From Macrostomum lignano (taxonomy: Eukaryota), in contig NIVC01001035.1 of the NCBI GenBank assembly GCA_002269645.1, positions 124,001 to 188,000 of the forward strand: DNA of 64,000 nucleotides, read 5' to 3'. Numbering within the stretch: position 1 is the first letter of the stretch; each line of letters begins with the position of its first letter. This document shows positions 58,567 to 64,000 of this stretch, in pieces. The notes below the pieces were generated by a model. That model saw only the letters and a list, made by a program, of their open reading frames with translations, was not told where the DNA came from and made no database searches. The position numbers were made by a program, and so were the translations under genes.

Positions 58567-59886
58567 CAAGGGCTGCTTAATAAGTTTGCGGAAAAACATA
58601 CTTATAGTTATCGCACAGTCGTGAAATTTTACACACACTTAGCCCAACCTAATGGCACTTCTCAACATAGTCCCCAGCCAGATCAACGCATTTCTTCATC
58701 CAATGAAACCATGCCGCAAAGCAGTCCCTCAATTCCGCCTTTGTGATGGCTTTCAGCTCCGCATTCAACGCCTGTTCCAGCTCCTCACAAGTGTCGAAGT
58801 GCTTCCCCTTCAGATTTTTCTTGATCTTCGGAAAGAGAAAGAAGTCTACAGGCGCGAGGTTGGGCGAGTAGGCCGGATGCAGCAGCAGAGTCAGCTCAGT
58901 TGATGCCAAGAACTGCTGCGTGACACTGGCTCTGTGAGCGGGCGCGTTGTTGTGGTGCAGGAAAATGCCGCGATCTCTGGTCTTTGGCCGCTCTCAACGC
59001 AGGAATTCTAGCACCTGCGGCAGGCAGACACTGGAGTACCAGCTGCCAGTCACTGTGGCTCCCTCCTTGAGCAGAATGGGCGGCAGAATTCCGCACCAAC
59101 GGAAAAACACTGCAGCCATCACTTTGCCGACGCTTCACTCGCAACGAAATTTCAAGGGCGAATCTTCCTCAAAGGCGACCCACTGCTTGCTCTGTACTTT
59201 TGTCTCGGGATCATAAAAGTACACCCACATTTCATCACCTGTGAGGATGCTGTCCACCAAATTTGAGGCACCTGCATCAAACTTGTTGAGCATGAAGTTT
59301 GCAAAATCCACGCGGGCCTGCATCTGAGCCGGCTTCAGTTGATGAGGGACCCAGCAAGCTGACACCTTCCTCATGCCGAGGTGATTGTGCAAGATAGTAA
59401 TGATGCTTGAATCCAAAATCCCGACATGTTTTTTGATTTCCCGAATCGTCACTCGGCAGTCTGCATCGAGCAGCTTTTGGACACTGGCCACAGTCGTGTC
59501 CGAGATGGACGAATTTGGACGGCCTTCACGTTCATCATCGTCCAGCTCCAGACAGCGGGAGCGGAATCGACCGAACCACTTGTACACCATTGTCTGAGAT
59601 GGGGCTTCACTCTCAAGGGCCTTTTGAAGCGTCTGCAAGCATTTGGAGGCAGACAGGCCAAGCCGGAATTGAAACAGAATTGCGACTCGCCTGTCGCGCT
59701 CAGTCAGGTGCAGCACTGGAGCGGGGGTTTCATCACTTCTTCGGCCACTGCATCGCAACATTTTGGCCAAACTGGCTGAAAATTTGTGTGAAAGGTGCCA
59801 ATATCTGAAGGAATAAGTTCATAAAATTTCATTTGATTCGCTTGAAGATAAGTTTGGTTTTCTGCAAACTTATTAAGCAGCCCTCG
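58567..59886 (-). mobile_element. Full-length mariner element, 1320 bp, TA TSD
   Basis: TIRs C[A/G]AGGGCTGCTTAATAAGTTTGC[G/A]GAAAA; TA at 58565-58566 and 59887-59888. Confidence 0.95.
58649..59770 (-). pseudogene. Mariner DD34D transposase pseudogene
   Basis: A single frame with WVPH, TGDE, HHNNAPAH and YSPNLAPVDF; two in-frame TGA stops; second catalytic D changed to N. Confidence 0.93.
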
Positions 59887-62686
59887 TATAACACTGCCAA
59901 ACCACCTAACAGTTAACCTGCATTTTGTTGACCCAAACATACCATACAACCATACAAACCTCATTGAAGGAACTTAGGCCCATGGTTATTAGAATAACTA
60001 TATGGAAATCAAGACACTTAGCTATAAGTGATAAAAATGAAGAGTATATTTTGAGCGAGATACTTTAGGTTGATATTTAAAGGTGAATGAGTGTTCAATA
60101 TGATTGAGTGCAATATGGGGTGGGGTGATTAATAAATTTGGGTGAATGTACGTATAAACAAGATATATATTTTAGCCTAATTGAGCATATAATTAATGAT
60201 TTCAATGGACAAGTACAATAAATATTGCAAAACAGTAGCAGCTCTAGAACAGCCCACATGAAGGCCAAATTTTGCTGCATGCATAGAATTAGTGATGCAC
60301 TGTTCGCCACATATCTGGAGAAATTTCTTTGGCACCAGCTTCACCCTATCAATGCTTTTGGCCACATGATATACTGGATTGCCCATTATTACCCCTGCTG
60401 AGTTTTGACACAAGTATTGACACTCATTGTATCACTGTTTCTAATTAGTTGTTTCATTGTTTCTTGCATTTTTGTACCAATCTAAAATAAAAAACTTTGA
60501 AACTTCAAATTGTTGAGACTTGCTAGAGACAGAAAAAGTGTTTAAAAAACAAGTTGTTAATTTTACTGTTTTAATAGCTTGGGGTGTCCAAACATGCTAA
60601 AATCAGCTTCTAAAGTGGAGAAAATGCAAAAAACATTGAAAAAATAGTTTAACGAATGATTTGAGAAGATTGCCAAATTATGTTTAATGTCCACATAGAT
60701 TGTAAAAAAATAAATGTTATGTCAGTACGGTACAAAATCCTACTGCTGTAACCAAAGTTGTGACAGGGCTTACTTCTGTCACTATTGCCACCAAGTTGTT
60801 ACAGGGGTGATTCTTCCTGTTTGCCAACTAAAGTTATCCTGATTATACTTGTTTCTACTCCCTAACTATTTCTTAGAATTTCATTTAAATATTTCTGGGT
60901 AGCGTTCTTAGTATCGTTTCTGGTAGCTTATGGCCAGCTTTCTGGTAGCGTTCTGGTAGCTTATGGCCTGCTCTCTGGTAGCGTTCTGGTAGCTTATGGC
61001 CTGAGCAGTCTAGTACTGGTATATGTATTAGTGAATAGTCCTAATCGGGCGTTCACCGAGACTAGAGGGTCACGGCGCCTCTCTTAGTATATCTCCAAGA
61101 ATTAGTCCCAATTCCCTTCTCTTAGCAAATTTCTTAGAATCGTTTCACAGGTTTTGCAAATGAATAAGTCGCTATTTAGCTCAAAGACTTTGAAATGGTT
61201 TAGATTGAACTGCTTATTCTGTTCGCAATTATTTGCTCACGGGTACAAGACAGTTGGAGTATATTTGTCGCAAAACCGCTCCTATATATAGTGATTTCCC
61301 CCCCATACGATTAAAACAAAAAAAATAATTCTCCAATTTATTTCGCGCATTAAAACAAACTATTATTTGGCGTTCGCGTAGATTCAGTTTCTAAGAAAGA
61401 TTCGAATATACCATTATTACATTGAAAGAACATTCGAATATACTATTATAAAGGTATAGCACTAGTACAATAGTCAAATAGAGCAAGGTTGAGGTTTGAA
61501 ATTCAATAACTACCAAAATTTTGTTCTACTTAACTGCTCAACAAAACTCAACTTAATACTCAGCTCAAACTTCCAAAGTTTGGTCAAGTATTCAACTTGA
61601 CTGAAACCTGAGTTTGTCTAGGCTCTATGCTTTAGTAGTACTAACTTATACTAAACTATAAATTAGGCTAGTATAGTAGTAGTAATATCACTCCACTAGG
61701 GCCTATTAATAGGAATTAATAAACATGCTTACTGGCCTATATATTAATATTATAGTAATAAATGTATCCTTAGCCATTGTATACCTAAATAAGCTTGGAT
61801 ACCAATGGCAGACCTTGATCCCAATCCTGACCAATCTCAAGTCTTGACTTTTAATTCAATCCTACCCAATCCTGCCTGACTAGATTTTTCTTTTCCCAGT
61901 TGGGCTCTAATATATATTTCTATATATATTTCTATATATTTCTGGCTGAGCCTGAATCATATATATTTTTTAACAGATTTGAAAAAAACTATTTTGTGCT
62001 TTCAATTCAATACTAACTAGTATACAATATATATCAGAATACAAAGGCCAATGCTTTTATTGAAATATTACTGGTGTAAGCTTACAAAAAACCTAGCATA
62101 TTACATTTTTATTGTCTTTCTTCCTGGTATTTTGATTGTTAGGGTGCCAAAGGTCATATATAAAATAGGATTTTCTTGCTCCTGTTGTACTTTGGGTTTT
62201 CTTGGGGTGGCCTGGTAGGTCTTTGAATCCCACTGTTGCCACCAGTGTAGTACTGCTGTTTGCTTCCCAGTTTAGGCCCTTGCAGATTACCTTAAGACTC
62301 GAGCCTCTTCAGTGGGAAGTTCTCTCAACTCTCTCAGTTGCGTAGGTAGTGCTGCCACCAGTTCCTTCAGGTCTTGGCCTTCGGTGAGGTGAGCTTCCCG
62401 TCGGAACGAAATAATGAAGTCAACGAACACAGCACTGTGTGCAGATTTAGAGCGCAACAAATAGGGCGTCTCATCAGCAGTACCTGCCAGGCTAGGATGG
62501 TAGAGGGAGGGCTGAGTTAGCCTCTCGTAGACTTGGATTGACTTGGTCGGGTTTCAGTCGGAGCAATAGGAATAGAATCAATATGCGCAAAGGCTCGGAC
62601 ACTCGGGATTTAGTCACATGCAGACATAGAACTCGAAGTTGAACAGAAAGAAGACTCCTTGACGGAAACAAGGGGGAGAGAGCTCC

Positions 62687-62831
62687 TATTTATAGCTGGG
62701 AAACTCCCGCGCTCAAGACCTCGTGACTTGTTCTATTTTTAGAACTGACATCACTCGAGAGTCTCGGGCAGGGTACAAGTGCGCGTAAGACCTCGTGACT
62801 TGTTCTATTTTTAGAACTGACGTCACTTGAG
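62687..62831 (-). promoter_or_regulatory. LTR-like promoter: two 45-bp direct repeats (72-bp period) upstream of a TATAAATA box on the minus strand
   Basis: AAGACCTCGTGACTTGTTCTATTTTTAGAACTGACRTCACTYGAG at 62715-62759 and 62787-62831; TATTTATA at 62687-62694. Element identity not established. Confidence 0.4.
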
Positions 62832-63717
62832 GGTCCCCGGCAGAGTGCACATGGCTGTGACTCAGTTGCTATGGGAAGGGAGGGGTCCAAAAGCATGTGA
62901 CTCACCTGGTAAACAGGGCCAACAAGTGCAGTAAACATGTTTACTGCACTTTAAGACTCAGAGAACGCAAGAACTGTCATGTGACTTGCTCACATGACAG
63001 AGGAAACAGGACGGAAGTGAAAAAGAGACAGCCCACAGTCGAGAGACTGAGGGCTGAAAACAGAAATGCAGCAGGGCGGAAAGGACACAGGGGGCAGCAG
63101 GTAAACGAAAGAGCTGGTAGGCAACCAGCGGCAGACAGCAACCCAAAGGGATGGCAAGGGAACGGCTGACTAGGGCAACGCCTAACCATAAACTAGCGGC
63201 TCACTACACTCTCCCCGTTCAAATAAAGAGGCGGAGTGAAGGCGGAGTGCGCCTTTATTTAAAAGGTAAAACGTTGGCTATACTTCAAACAGTTGGCCAT
63301 GGCGATAGGTTGGAGTGTCACATGGGAACGAACAAGGGCTGGGTCAAGGCCCGTCGTGTGACCCGAGTTGAATGCACATGATCAGAAAAGAGGGGGGCAC
63401 TAGCCCCAGCAAAAGAGCGCCTAAATGCCGGGATGCAGGCGACAGATGCAGAGCCCGTAAAAGGTGAGGGCGCCTTCATGGGCGCAAAAGAGCAATGTGC
63501 TGTTATTGGCAAGTGGGTTGCCCACACCAAGGCAGAGCCCGAGAAAAGACTAAACGCGGAGAGGCCGGAGGGCCCTCGGGTGTGAAGAATGAGGACGATC
63601 GTCCTTGAGCAGCTCGGGGGTGCCTGCCCAAACAAAAGAAAAGCGCCTAAATATAAAGCACTAGGACATGGCATTAATGTTTTGGCATGCAGCTTAATGG
63701 GGCGGAGAGCTTTAGGT

Positions 63718-64000
63718 TTACTCCGAGTTCACATCGCAATTTTCAATGATAGCCGGGACCACCGGCGTACAACCAGTGATCTGCGCAGCCGTGAACTGGC
63801 CGACATAGCGCACTGCCTCCGGAAACCTGGGCCGATGGAGGTTTGGGGCGGCGACATCAGCGGCGTCATCTAGCAGCCGCTGCTGGTCTTTGTCGGCGAG
63901 GGCGCGGAGCGTGGACCAGCGTGGCCACTCGGCCACCGTCAGAAGCGTCCCAACGTGAGCAGCCATCGTCAACAGCCGGGCGATATGGTAGACCGCGGCA
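63718..64000 (-). other. GC-rich ORF end running off the window, possibly from a retroelement
   Basis: IARLLTMAAHVGTLLTVAEWPRW weakly resembles the GTLIVPxW motif of DIRS/Ngaro methyltransferase-like domains; too short to call. Confidence 0.2.

Larger units (their letters stand above)
57694..60674 (+). mobile_element. Merlin (IS1016-like) DNA transposon relic interrupted by a mariner
   Basis: About 155-bp TIRs starting GGCAATCTTC (57694-57845, 60522-60674); 8-bp TSD AAATTATA/AAATTATG. Decayed transposase KVDESYF...WVLGMVERGS...TMLPII...GSRIKIDG*QAY//HLTVN.HFVDP...HTNLIEG. Confidence 0.82.

Overview
Eukaryotic (metazoan) genomic DNA with spliceosomal introns, no prokaryotic features and no CRISPR array. 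GC-rich exons, minisatellite-filled introns and AT-rich spacers resemble the flatworm Macrostomum; that host assignment is inference only. There are five host genes. (1) The 5' three coding exons of MUS81 (minus strand; the gene runs off the window start). (2) A divergently oriented, complete LENG8/THP3-family (SAC3/GANP) gene. (3) A type I membrane protein with fibronectin type II repeats and one 1-bp frameshift. (4) An intron-containing noggin. (5) TIM10, whose main exon lacks its own start codon. Much of the rest is tandem repeat and transposable element. The most notable structure is an 11.2-kb hAT-type DNA transposon (44728-55956; 16-bp TIRs, 7-bp TSD) with a six-exon, about 1180-aa transposase ending in GRG repeats and a Tudor/Spindlin-like module. 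Two elements have inserted into it: a full-length, intact Ingi-like LINE (2A peptide, three PHD-like fingers, APE, RT, RNase H, candidate 5' HDV-like ribozyme) and a tRNA-derived CORE-SINE. A second nest is a CpG-decayed mariner inside a Merlin relic. Also present: a Penelope relic with a hammerhead motif, an RTE fragment, several MITEs, a second SINE family and about 14 minisatellite families. Most long ORFs in the supplied track are artefacts of those repeats.
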